A DNA stretch of 61,833 nucleotides, the filler included, from Chloroflexota bacterium (GTDB taxonomy: Bacteria; Chloroflexota; Chloroflexia; QHBQ01): the NCBI GenBank assembly GCA_043754535.1. It is 7 parts of 7 records of this genome, joined end to end, with 100 filler letters (N's around TTAATTAATTAA, not from the genome) between each part and the next. Parts side by side here need not be neighbours in the genome. Positions count along the whole stretch, not along the records: positions 1 to 14,638 come from JAYUUN010000043.1; 6 more parts are not named here. One strand, given 5' to 3'. Below the pieces are notes generated by a model. It searched no databases. It saw only the letters and a list, made by a program, of their open reading frames with translations, and was not told the DNA's origin. Below, one piece after another: positions 1-8,506 of the stretch (its first letter is position 1; every line of letters starts with the position of its first letter). Both the position numbers and the translations under genes were made by a program.

Positions 1-267
1 ACAGTGGTTTGTTAAATTATACCAACTCGACAGGGCGGCCTGCCATTTCATGTTATTACGTGGGCCACCACCGCATTTGTTCCAGGTTCTAGCCATCTAT
101 CATAGCACATAGCCATAGCAGGGGCGCAGAATTAGCCCAAAGTTGGTGCGATGTGCTGTGGTAGGAGCAACAAACACCTTTGGAGACCTACCAGTATCGC
201 GCAGAGGACGGGGCTGGGCTGCGCCTCTCGCGCTGGCAAATAGGCCCAAATTGGTGGACAGCGGGTA

Positions 268-295
268 TCGACAATGGCGAAAAGTGTGCCATAAT
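268..295 (+). promoter_or_regulatory. Putative sigma70 promoter in the CRISPR leader
   Basis: TCGACA (268-273), 16 bp, then TGc-CATAAT (290-295), about 50 bp upstream of the first repeat. Confidence 0.55.
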
Positions 296-344
296 GAGCT
301 TGTTGCAGTAGCCTCTCGCAAGTCGTGCCTAAAGCTAGGCAGGA

Positions 345-527
345 GTTGCAACCACCACCCCGCTTTCGAGGGGATTGAAACCCTTGCTTAGGCATGGTCA
401 CGTGGCACGGTAGCACGTTGCAACCACCACCCCGCTTTCGAGGGGATTGAAACCTGGTTGCCTGGTTGCTCGCCTGTCATCATGCCGTTGGTTGCAACCA
501 CCACCCCGCTTTCGAGGGGATTGAAAC
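345..527 (+). CRISPR. CRISPR array, 3 identical 37-bp repeats and 2 complete spacers
   Basis: GTTGCAACCACCACCCCGCTTTCGAGGGGATTGAAAC at 345-381, 417-453 and 491-527; spacers 35 and 37 bp; CCCC/GGGG stem and 3' ATTGAAAC typical of class 1 repeats. Confidence 0.93.
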
Positions 528-755
528 CTGAACGACCCCAGCATCACTGAGGACTATGCTGGGCAGTTTGCCGCACAGGACAGCATCCCACCCTACCCCA
601 CCGAAGGGCCAAAGACGCTGCATTATGGGCAGCAAGTTCGGGGCGGACTGCCTGGAACCCCAGCTCCTTCCATACCCACACCAGACGTTCCTACTCCGCT
701 ACCATCCACACCTGCTTCTACCGTTTTGCTAGGGGGACACCCGCAACATGGTTGA
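528..755 (+). pseudogene. 3' fragment of a lipoprotein gene, paralog of 34328-35011, fused to the last CRISPR repeat
   Basis: Translates LNDPSITEDYAGQ...PKTLHYG...Pro/Thr tail, TGA at 753-755; matches LNDSTIQEDYPGQ...PRTMHYG of 34328-35011; no start codon. Confidence 0.75.
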
Positions 756-1094
756 CCAGATACTGGGCGACAAGTCCGCTGGGAGCGTCATCCATCGGTT
801 GCATAGCTCTTTGCGCTCTGAAAGTATTCGCGGCTTGGGCGTAGAGATGGGATTTATCCATGTTGCTATGGTTGCTAGGGTGTGTGGCGCAATCTGTCCA
901 GGCAGAGGCGATCCCGGTGACTTCGGTGGCGATAGCGTTGCACCTGAGCCTGGCAAGATACCAGGTTGGGGAAGGAACGCCCGCGACTAAAACACCTCTC
1001 ACCACAACGTTCTGCCATTTGGAAGTATGGGTGCATCGACTTTATCAAGAGGTACACTCTTTGGGATTACAGTCAGCACCCCTGCTTCCAGCTA

Positions 1095-1201
1095 GTAGAT
1101 ACCAGCGTCGTACCTAAAACTTAGGGTTACCTGGGCGAGGTTGCAACGTTCATCCTACCCGCAACGTAGATACCAGCGTCGTACCTAAAACTTAGGGTTA
1201 C
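1095..1201. repeat. Exact 36-bp direct repeat flanking a unique 35-bp segment
   Basis: GTAGATACCAGCGTCGTACCTAAAACTTAGGGTTAC at 1095-1130 and 1166-1201. Confidence 0.95.
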
Positions 1202-1216
1202 ATAAGGAGACTTAAG

Positions 1217-2197
1217 ATGCTCTCAATAGGTTGTAGCACTACCAAAGCAGCTGCTGGGGTTTTCAGGGTTGCAGTGTTGCTTGCAGTGTTGCTTGCAGTG
1301 AGTGGATGCTCTAACAACCCGCTAGGGGACGGGCGACCCCTTCTTGGTCTCTACATCAACCCAGTGGGTGATGGTTGGACTGTCGGCTACTCTGGGGTGA
1401 TTGCCCACTGGCTTAACGATAAGTGGCAACAGGTACCAAGCCCAACAGAGGCTAACCTCTTTAGCATACACATGGCCTCACCTGACAGTGGCTGGATAGT
1501 TGGTGTAGGCGGTACGATCCTCAAGTATAATGGTAGCACATGGGCTAAAGCTAGCAGTCCCACAGATGTCACGCTGTTCTCGGTCTACACTGTCTCACCT
1601 GTGGAGGCCTGGGCGGTTGGGGCTGCGGGCAAAATCCTGCATTATAAAGGTGACAGCTGGTCGTTGGTGGCAAGCCCTACCGATGCAGACCTTCATGCCG
1701 TGCAGATGCTCTCTGCTGACGAGGGTTGGGCGGTGGGTAGCCGACTTCAGACCGCCCAGCCAATGAGTATCATCCTCCACTATGCCAACGGTGTTTGGAC
1801 AAAGCAAAGCACCCCCGAAGGTGTGCGACTGTTTGACATTCAGATGTTTGCTAACGGTGAGGGCTGGGCAGTGGGTCAGGATGTTACGGCCAAGCCCAAT
1901 CCTGACGGTGCCATCCTTCGCTACAAGGATGGCACCTGGACGAGGGAGGCAGTGGCACAGATTTCCTTGCTCAACAGCATCTCAATGACAGATGCGGGTA
2001 ACGGCTGGGCGGTGGGTGGCGGGGCTATGGTACGCTGCACTAACGGTCGCTGGGCCGCTACTGACAGCCCAGCCCCGAAACATGGCCTCTCCAAAGTTTA
2101 TGTCACACCTGACGCTGGTTGGGCGGTTACTGACTATGGCGGAGGCCCGATACTGCGCTATCAGAATGGCACTTGGAGTGCTTTCAAGAACCAGTAG
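1217..2197 (+). CDS. Lipoprotein with GWAVG beta-propeller repeats (YCF48/BNR-like)
   Basis: RBS AAGGAG; lipobox-like VSGC; repeated GW(A/I)VG...ILxY.G..W units. Confidence 0.8.
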   Translation: MLSIGCSTTKAAAGVFRVAVLLAVLLAVSGCSNNPLGDGRPLLGLYINPVGDGWTVGYSGVIAHWLNDKWQQVPSPTEANLFSIHMASPDSGWIVGVGGTILKYNGSTWAKASSPTDVTLFSVYTVSPVEAWAVGAAGKILHYKGDSWSLVASPTDADLHAVQMLSADEGWAVGSRLQTAQPMSIILHYANGVWTKQSTPEGVRLFDIQMFANGEGWAVGQDVTAKPNPDGAILRYKDGTWTREAVAQISLLNSISMTDAGNGWAVGGGAMVRCTNGRWAATDSPAPKHGLSKVYVTPDAGWAVTDYGGGPILRYQNGTWSAFKNQ

Positions 2198-2349
2198 CAG
2201 GCTAGGAGGGTAGCGTGTGGACACTGGGAGCAGGGGCAGCAGACTGTTGCTGCGCTTGGCCGTTGTCCGCGCTGTGAGCAGTCTGCTGATGCTAGTGCCT
2301 ATTGTGCCGCCATCACAATTGCTGACTCGCTGGCTGCCGTGACGTTGAA

Positions 2350-5130
2350 CTACGGCACGCTCTCAATCGCCCGCCGTACGACCTTGCTCAACTCGCCACG
2401 TCGGATGTTGTCGTTGGGCCGGAAGCACTGCCCACCACCGCTGCTGCACGCTGCCCCGTTGATGATGCCTCGGTTTGCCAGCACTTCAATCGCGGCGTAA
2501 GCGAAGTTGTTGTTTGCAACATCGCGGAAGGTCGGGGTGTTGGGGGTGGCAACTGGGTAGTTCCGCGCCCGCTGCACGATGATCGCCACCTGCGCTCGCG
2601 TCACGTTGTTGTTGGGCAGGAAGCAGGGGGCGGCACCGCCGGGGCATTGACCTGGCTGGGTAAAGCCGGTGATCGCACCTGCGTGAGCCGCTGCTTCGAT
2701 GTAGCCATAGAAGACGTTGTTTTGCGCCACATCGCGGAAGGTTGGGGCGGTCGGGTTGTAGGCCGCGATGCCAAAGCCGACCACCGCGATCTTGGCGAAC
2801 TCACCGCGCTTGCTGTTATCGTTGGGCCGGAACAGGCCGCCGCTGCCGCTAACTACGCCACGACAGGCCAGGAACTGGATGTCGTTGTAGAACAGGTTGC
2901 TGCTTGGCACGTCGCTGAAGCTGATGCTGCAAGGGGTGGGGGTGCTGCCACCAGGGGTCGAAGTTGCAGCCGGGAGCGTCGGGGCGGGAGGCGGGGTCGG
3001 CACGGTGAGGTAGGTGACGAACGCATCGCGGCTGCCTGCGTTGTTGGGCTGGTAAGCACCAACAGTGACGAAGTTGCTTGAGCCGCTCTCGCCCACAACG
3101 TAGACCTTGCCAGCCGCATCCACCTTGATGCCCGTGCCGCTGTCTACGCTGTTGCCACCCAGATAGCTCGAATAGCCATAGGCTGTACCGTTGCTGTTCA
3201 CCTCGGTGACGAAGGCATCGGTATCACCGCCCGCTGTACTCTGGTCGGCGTTGACGGTCGGGAAGTTGGTCGCCTGCTGGAAGTCAGGGTTGGTCTGGCC
3301 GGTGACATAAGCGATCCCGCTGTCACTGACTGCGATGGCGTTGGCATAATCGTTGCCGCTGCCGCCGAGGAAGCGGGAGTAGACGAGGCTGCTGCCGGTC
3401 GGGTTGAGCTTGGTGATGAAGGCATCAAAGCCGCCTGCATAGCTGCTGGGCTGGGTGCTGGGGAAGCTGCCGCCGTTGGTGAAGCCGGTCAGATAGATGT
3501 TGTTTGCGCTATCGAGCGCAATGCCAGTGCCGTAATCATCACCGGGGCTGCTACCCGCTGGGCCGCCACCGAGGTAGGTAGCGTAGACCCGCATTCCAGT
3601 GGAGTTGAGCTTGGTGACGAACAGATCGCCGAAGCCACCGGCAAAGGCAGCCTGATAGGGGTTGAGGGTCGGGAAGTTGGTCGAGAGGGTCGTACCAACC
3701 ACGTAAGCGTTACCCCCACTGTCCACCGCAATCGCTCCGGTGAACCTACCCGACGGTAGGCTGTCCTCGTAGTTGCTGCCGCCGAGGTAGGTAGCATAGA
3801 CCCGCGCCCCATTGCTGTCGAGCTTGACGACGAAGGCATCGCTGATCCCGCCGCCGTAGCTGGGTTGCGCGGCGTTGAGGGTGGGGAAGTTGCTGGATTG
3901 GGTCATGCCGGTGACGTAGACATTGCCGTCGGAGGCGACTCCATAGGCCGTATCATCGCTGCTGCCGCCGAGGTAGGTGGAGTAGATCAGGTCGCTACCC
4001 ACCGTGTTCAGGCTGCTGACGAAGGCATCAAAGCCACCGGCTCGGCTAGCCTGAATAGGATTGCGCGTCGGGAAGTTGTTCGCGTTGGTAGTGCCTACTA
4101 CGGTGGCGATACCGTTGGTTACGACAATGCTGTAGGCCACATCCTGCCCCTGGCCGCCGAGGAAGGTAGAGTAGACGAGGCTGCCACTGCTGCTGAACTT
4201 GCTGATAAAAGCATCATTTGTCCCCTGCCCGAAGTTGGGTTGGAACGACCCGGCAGTGGTGGGGAACGGAGTGGTGATCCCCGACTGGGTTGCCCCACAG
4301 ACGTAAACGCTGCCGTCACTATCAATCGCCACCGCATCGGCTCCGTCGGGATCGCCACCACCGAGGTAGGTCGAGTAGATGATCGGGTCAATCACCAAAG
4401 CGCGGCTGTGGTCATAAGCGGCGACATCGAAGCCGTACTCGCCCCCGCCAACGAGGTTGTATCCACCGGTGACGGCCACACGCCCAGCGGCGGTATCCTG
4501 ATAGATGCGCGGGGCGGCCTGGCGCAACTCGCCTGCTGCGCTGCGGATCACTAGTTCATTTCCCTCCATCGCCACCTGCCCAGCTCCCGCCACCTTGAGG
4601 CGGATTGGGCTGAGGTCAGCACCCGGCGCAACGACAAAATCGTACTCCAGCTTGCTGCTGCTTCCATAGTAAACGAGGTCTACGCCGGGATAGACGTTGT
4701 GGTAGCTGACCCGCTCATAGTTGGGGACGTTGTGCAACCACTGACTGCGGTCATTGCCGAGCAGGTAGTTGCTGACCCCGGCCAGCTTGCCTTCAGCAAC
4801 AGGCGACGCGGGGAGATTCGCTCCCTGCAACTGAAACCGCAGCACGGTAGTGGGTTGACTGGCGTTGGCGGGCTGCTGGTTCAACACCATCGTCGTTTCC
4901 TGGTCAGTGAAGTAGAGGCTGTAGCCAGCGGCGTGGGCAAGGTATAGCACGCTGGGGTCGGCCTGCCCCACGTTCGCCTCGAAATGGAGCGGTTGGCTGA
5001 GTGCGTCGTAGGTAGCGGGGGCGGCGGAACGAGCCGGGCGGTTGACCGCCCAGTTGGTGAGGCTGGCTACGCTGCTGAGGAGCAGCAAGGCCAGCGCGAG
5101 AGTAGACCACTTCTTCAAAGATAGACGCAT
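2350..5130 (-). CDS. Secreted SBBP-repeat beta-propeller protein with C-terminal SLH domains
   Basis: RBS AAGGAG before ATG 5130; signal peptide; FEANVGQ N-domain; YSTYLGG repeats; FSDVP...RGEFAK SLH repeats. Confidence 0.88.
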   Translation of the reverse strand: MRLSLKKWSTLALALLLLSSVASLTNWAVNRPARSAAPATYDALSQPLHFEANVGQADPSVLYLAHAAGYSLYFTDQETTMVLNQQPANASQPTTVLRFQLQGANLPASPVAEGKLAGVSNYLLGNDRSQWLHNVPNYERVSYHNVYPGVDLVYYGSSSKLEYDFVVAPGADLSPIRLKVAGAGQVAMEGNELVIRSAAGELRQAAPRIYQDTAAGRVAVTGGYNLVGGGEYGFDVAAYDHSRALVIDPIIYSTYLGGGDPDGADAVAIDSDGSVYVCGATQSGITTPFPTTAGSFQPNFGQGTNDAFISKFSSSGSLVYSTFLGGQGQDVAYSIVVTNGIATVVGTTNANNFPTRNPIQASRAGGFDAFVSSLNTVGSDLIYSTYLGGSSDDTAYGVASDGNVYVTGMTQSSNFPTLNAAQPSYGGGISDAFVVKLDSNGARVYATYLGGSNYEDSLPSGRFTGAIAVDSGGNAYVVGTTLSTNFPTLNPYQAAFAGGFGDLFVTKLNSTGMRVYATYLGGGPAGSSPGDDYGTGIALDSANNIYLTGFTNGGSFPSTQPSSYAGGFDAFITKLNPTGSSLVYSRFLGGSGNDYANAIAVSDSGIAYVTGQTNPDFQQATNFPTVNADQSTAGGDTDAFVTEVNSNGTAYGYSSYLGGNSVDSGTGIKVDAAGKVYVVGESGSSNFVTVGAYQPNNAGSRDAFVTYLTVPTPPPAPTLPAATSTPGGSTPTPCSISFSDVPSSNLFYNDIQFLACRGVVSGSGGLFRPNDNSKRGEFAKIAVVGFGIAAYNPTAPTFRDVAQNNVFYGYIEAAAHAGAITGFTQPGQCPGGAAPCFLPNNNVTRAQVAIIVQRARNYPVATPNTPTFRDVANNNFAYAAIEVLANRGIINGAACSSGGGQCFRPNDNIRRGELSKVVRRAIESVP

Positions 5131-5262
5131 CGGTTTAACTCCTTCTTGTGGGGTGGTCTGCCAACCACCATTTGGTTGAGAGATAGCTGTTGCTAGCAAG
5201 TGGTCAGCCCCAGGCCGGGTTAAGCTGACGCTTGCGTGGGTGGACTAGCCGCTTGCCAGATC

Positions 5263-5307
5263 GCCATTGTAGGCGACTGCCCTGCGCAAAAGTTGGTGTT
5301 TGTTGGT
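5263..5307 (-). promoter_or_regulatory. Conserved operator/promoter, copy 1, facing the SBBP-SLH gene
   Basis: Minus strand ACCAACAAACACCAACTTTTG-N14-CTACAATGGC, same architecture as 8048-8092; a divergent TGgTACAAT (5321-5329) faces the regulator. Confidence 0.75.
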
Positions 5308-5386
5308 CTGCTGACTATAGTGGTACAATTGTAGTAGGCGTATGCTCCCCGCAGCCCGCGCCGAGCAACTCTGGCTGAGGGTAACG

Positions 5387-7960
5387 ATGTACAATCTGGA
5401 AACCTTTCGCAAGCGCGTGCGTGAATGCTACCGCCGTAGCACACCCTATGACGACCACAAGCCCAATCAGCGCGATCTCGCCGAGGCTGTCGGCCTCGAT
5501 CCAACAAACCTGAGCAAGCGGATGCACGGTGTGGCGGGTGAACGGCTGAGCGACGAGAACGTGCGGGCCATCGTCAGCGTGCTGGCCGAGTGGGGTGCGC
5601 TCACGACGCAGGCCGAGGCGTTGGAGTTGCTGGCTCTGGTCAACTGCCCGCCCTTCACCGCCGCGCAGTGGCAAGCCCCGCCACTCGATCTGCTCACCCC
5701 ACCACCTGCCCCCGCTCGTGCCGCTGCTGCCAGTTCCGTGTCGCCAGCCACTAACCCTAACCCACCGACGCGGCACAACCTGCCCCCACCGCTGACCAGC
5801 TTTGTCGGGCGGCAGCAGGAGTTGCGCGAGTTGGAGACGCTGCTGGGCCGCACCCGCCTGCTGACCCTGATTGGGATCGGCGGTTGCGGCAAGACGCGGC
5901 TGGCTTTGGAACTGGGCTATCGGCTGACCGACCGTTTTGCGGGCGGGGTCTGGCTGGTTGAACTGGCCGCCCTGAACGATAGCAGCCTGCTAGCCCATGC
6001 GGTGGCCCGCACGCTCGGCCTTAAGGAGCAGGCGGGTGTAGATTTGGTCGCCACCCTGATCGCCGCTATGGGTGGGCATGAGAAACTGCTGATCGTGGAC
6101 AACTGCGAACACCTGGTTGCCCCGACCGCCAGCCTGATCCACCAACTGCTGCTCGGCTGCCCCAACCTGCGGGTGCTGGCAACCTCGCGGGAGACGCTGC
6201 GGGTGGCGGGCGAGTACGTCTGGCCGGTGCCAACCCTGTCGCTGCCACCCATACGCATAGCGGTCAGTGCGCGGGTGCTACCCCGCTACGAGGCGGTGCG
6301 GCTGTTCGTGACGCGGGCCAAAGCCGCCAGCCCTGGATTCAGCCTGAGCGAAAAGAACGCCGCCGCCGTAAGAACGGTTTGCGAGATGCTGGACGGCATC
6401 CCTCTTGCGCTGGAACTGGCAGCGGCACGGGTAGGGGTGCTTGCTGTCGAGCAGATCAGCGGGCGGCTACACCAACGCTTCCGCCTGCTGACGGGTGGTA
6501 GCCGCACCGCTAGCCCCCGCCAGCAAACCCTGCAAGCCCTGATGGATTGGAGCTACGACCTGCTGACCGCTGAGGAGCAACTGCTGTTCAGCCGCCTGGC
6601 TGTCTTTGCCGGGGGCTGCGAACTGACTGCGGTAGAGGTGGTGTGCAGCGACGAGCAGCTAACTGCCGACCGTTGTCTGGAAGTGCTGGCCGCGCTGGTC
6701 AACAAATCGCTGCTGCTGACCAGAGGGCAGCCGGGGGCGATGCGCTACCTGATGCTGGAGACGCTGCGTGAGTATGCGACGACAAAGCTAAGCGGCAGCG
6801 GCGAAGCGACCAACGTGCAGCAGCGGCACGCCGCCTATTATCTGCAAATGGCTGAGACTGCCGAGCCGGAGTTGCGGGGCAGCGAACAGGCCATGTGGCT
6901 GACGCAGCTGGAAGCTGAGCATGACAATATGCGGGCGGCTCTGGGCTGGTCAATTAACAAGGGGCAGAGTGAGATAGCCCGTGGCTTGAGTGGTGCGCTT
7001 GCCGCTTTCTGGGTGGGTCATGGACACTTTACGGAGGGGCGTGAGTGGCTACGCCTATCTTTGGCCCTAAGCGGTGATGACAATCTGGCGGCGAAGGCAA
7101 AGATGCTGCATGGCGCGGCTAATCTGGCCCTCTACCAAGGCGACTACAACACCGCCAGGCAGTTGTATGAGCAGGTGGTGGTGCTTCAACAGCAGTTGCA
7201 TAATCAAAAGGGAGCAGCCTCCGCCTTGAACAACCTCGGCATCATTGCTGAATATCAGGGGGATTACCTTACTGCCCGCAATCTTTATGAGAACAGCCTA
7301 AGCATCCAGCGTGAGTTGGGCGAGAAGTGGAACATAGCGGCTTCGCTAAACAATCTGGCAATTGTTGTCAACATTCTGGGTGACGCTGACACATCTAGCA
7401 AGCTCGTAGCCGAAAGTCTGGCTCTCCGACAGGAGTTGGGCGACAAGCGGGGGGTGGCTCAGTGTCTGGGGATGCAGGCAGATGCCGCAATCAAGAGTCG
7501 TAGTTATGAAGCCGCCCAGCTAGCTTTGACCGAGGCGGTTGCAATCGCCCGTGCGCTGGAAGATAGATGGCTGATGGCTAATCTGCTCGGTAGCTCGGCT
7601 GATGTAGCTATTGCGCTGACTAACTATCACACTGCCACAAACTTTGTGCGAGAAGCCATTAAGCTGATCAATGAGTTGCAGGATCGCCTGGGACTAGCAA
7701 CGATGCTTTACCGGCTGGCGCGGATACTGGTATCACAAGGTCAGCCAACCGCCGCCGCTATTTTGCATGGTGCGGAAGAAGCTCTGCGCAAGACAATTGG
7801 TTCAACGCTGCCTCCTGACTACCTTGCAGCCCACAACGAACTGGTTGCCAGCCTACAAGCCGCACAGAACAAGGCAGCCTACGCCACAGCCTGGGCCGAG
7901 GGGCAGGCGATGTCGCTCGATGAGGTGATTGCCCACGCCCTCGCAGCCACTGGAGACTAA
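5387..7960 (+). CDS. HTH-like + STAND (NB-ARC-type) ATPase + TPR transcriptional regulator
   Basis: N-terminal QRDLAEAVGLDPTNLSKRM helix-turn-helix; NLPPPLTSFVGR; Walker A GIGGCGKT; Walker B LLIVDNCEH; GIPLALELAA; TPR repeats ASALNNLG. Confidence 0.88.
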   Translation: MYNLETFRKRVRECYRRSTPYDDHKPNQRDLAEAVGLDPTNLSKRMHGVAGERLSDENVRAIVSVLAEWGALTTQAEALELLALVNCPPFTAAQWQAPPLDLLTPPPAPARAAAASSVSPATNPNPPTRHNLPPPLTSFVGRQQELRELETLLGRTRLLTLIGIGGCGKTRLALELGYRLTDRFAGGVWLVELAALNDSSLLAHAVARTLGLKEQAGVDLVATLIAAMGGHEKLLIVDNCEHLVAPTASLIHQLLLGCPNLRVLATSRETLRVAGEYVWPVPTLSLPPIRIAVSARVLPRYEAVRLFVTRAKAASPGFSLSEKNAAAVRTVCEMLDGIPLALELAAARVGVLAVEQISGRLHQRFRLLTGGSRTASPRQQTLQALMDWSYDLLTAEEQLLFSRLAVFAGGCELTAVEVVCSDEQLTADRCLEVLAALVNKSLLLTRGQPGAMRYLMLETLREYATTKLSGSGEATNVQQRHAAYYLQMAETAEPELRGSEQAMWLTQLEAEHDNMRAALGWSINKGQSEIARGLSGALAAFWVGHGHFTEGREWLRLSLALSGDDNLAAKAKMLHGAANLALYQGDYNTARQLYEQVVVLQQQLHNQKGAASALNNLGIIAEYQGDYLTARNLYENSLSIQRELGEKWNIAASLNNLAIVVNILGDADTSSKLVAESLALRQELGDKRGVAQCLGMQADAAIKSRSYEAAQLALTEAVAIARALEDRWLMANLLGSSADVAIALTNYHTATNFVREAIKLINELQDRLGLATMLYRLARILVSQGQPTAAAILHGAEEALRKTIGSTLPPDYLAAHNELVASLQAAQNKAAYATAWAEGQAMSLDEVIAHALAATGD

Positions 7961-7982
7961 AACCAGCCAGCCCGCAGTCTAC

Positions 7983-8008
7983 AAGGGGCGCGCAGTGCGC
8001 CTCTTTTT
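7983..8008 (+). terminator. Rho-independent terminator of the regulator gene
   Basis: GGGGCGC-GCAGT-GCGCCTC followed by TTTTT. Confidence 0.7.
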
Positions 8009-8047
8009 GCTGCCCGCTAAACTTGCTGGATCATTCTTTACCACTTC

Positions 8048-8092
8048 ACCAACAAACACCAACTTTTGGCGATCCCGCCGCGCTACAATGGC
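8048..8092 (+). promoter_or_regulatory. Conserved operator/promoter, copy 2, facing the small peptide gene
   Basis: ACCAACAAACACCAACTTTTG (8048-8068)-N14-CTACAATGGC (8083-8092). Confidence 0.75.
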
Positions 8093-8160
8093 TGCGTAAC
8101 GTTCCTGCTGAACCTGACATACTAGCAGCGAGCGAATAACAACGAAGGGAGGTGAACAGC

Positions 8161-8253
8161 ATGAAGTTCTTGCACATGATCCTTGCCCTGCTCGGCCAGC
8201 GCAACATCGCTCGCCATGACGACCCGAACGGCACCACTTCTTGGGCTGGTTGA
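8161..8253 (+). CDS. 30-aa small peptide MKFLHMILALLGQRNIARHDDPNGTTSWAG (absent from the ORF track)
   Basis: Strong RBS GGAGGTGA just upstream of the ATG, own promoter, downstream hairpin; hydrophobic N-half and polar C-half. Confidence 0.75.
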   Translation: MKFLHMILALLGQRNIARHDDPNGTTSWAG

Positions 8254-8280
8254 TCGCCAACCAGTTCCGTTTCAACAAAG

Positions 8281-8319
8281 AGGGTAGCCGCTGCCATGCT
8301 GTATGGCGGCGGCTATCTT
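8281..8319 (+). terminator. Strong hairpin after the peptide gene
   Basis: AGGGTAGCCGCTGCCAT-gctgt-ATGGCGGCGGCTATCTT. Confidence 0.65.
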
Positions 8320-8506
8320 GGCCTCTCCCTCGCCAGCAACATACCCTTCCCCTTGCAAGCAATTAAGACCAACACATCGTTATGCTAGTTCGCCCTGTTA
8401 CCACTAATTGGGCAGCGTACCGCCTACACCAACTATCCAGCCACTGTCAGGTGAGGCCATGTGTACGCTATTACTCAACTCTCCACGAGTAATCGAGTAA
8501 TGTTGA

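Noticed and set aside
382..490. Targets of spacers 1 and 2 within the window
   Set aside because: No convincing match found by eye; a real search is needed
1268..1300. 12-bp tandem repeat TTGCAGTGTTGC
   Set aside because: In-frame slippage in a signal peptide (AVLLAVLLAV)
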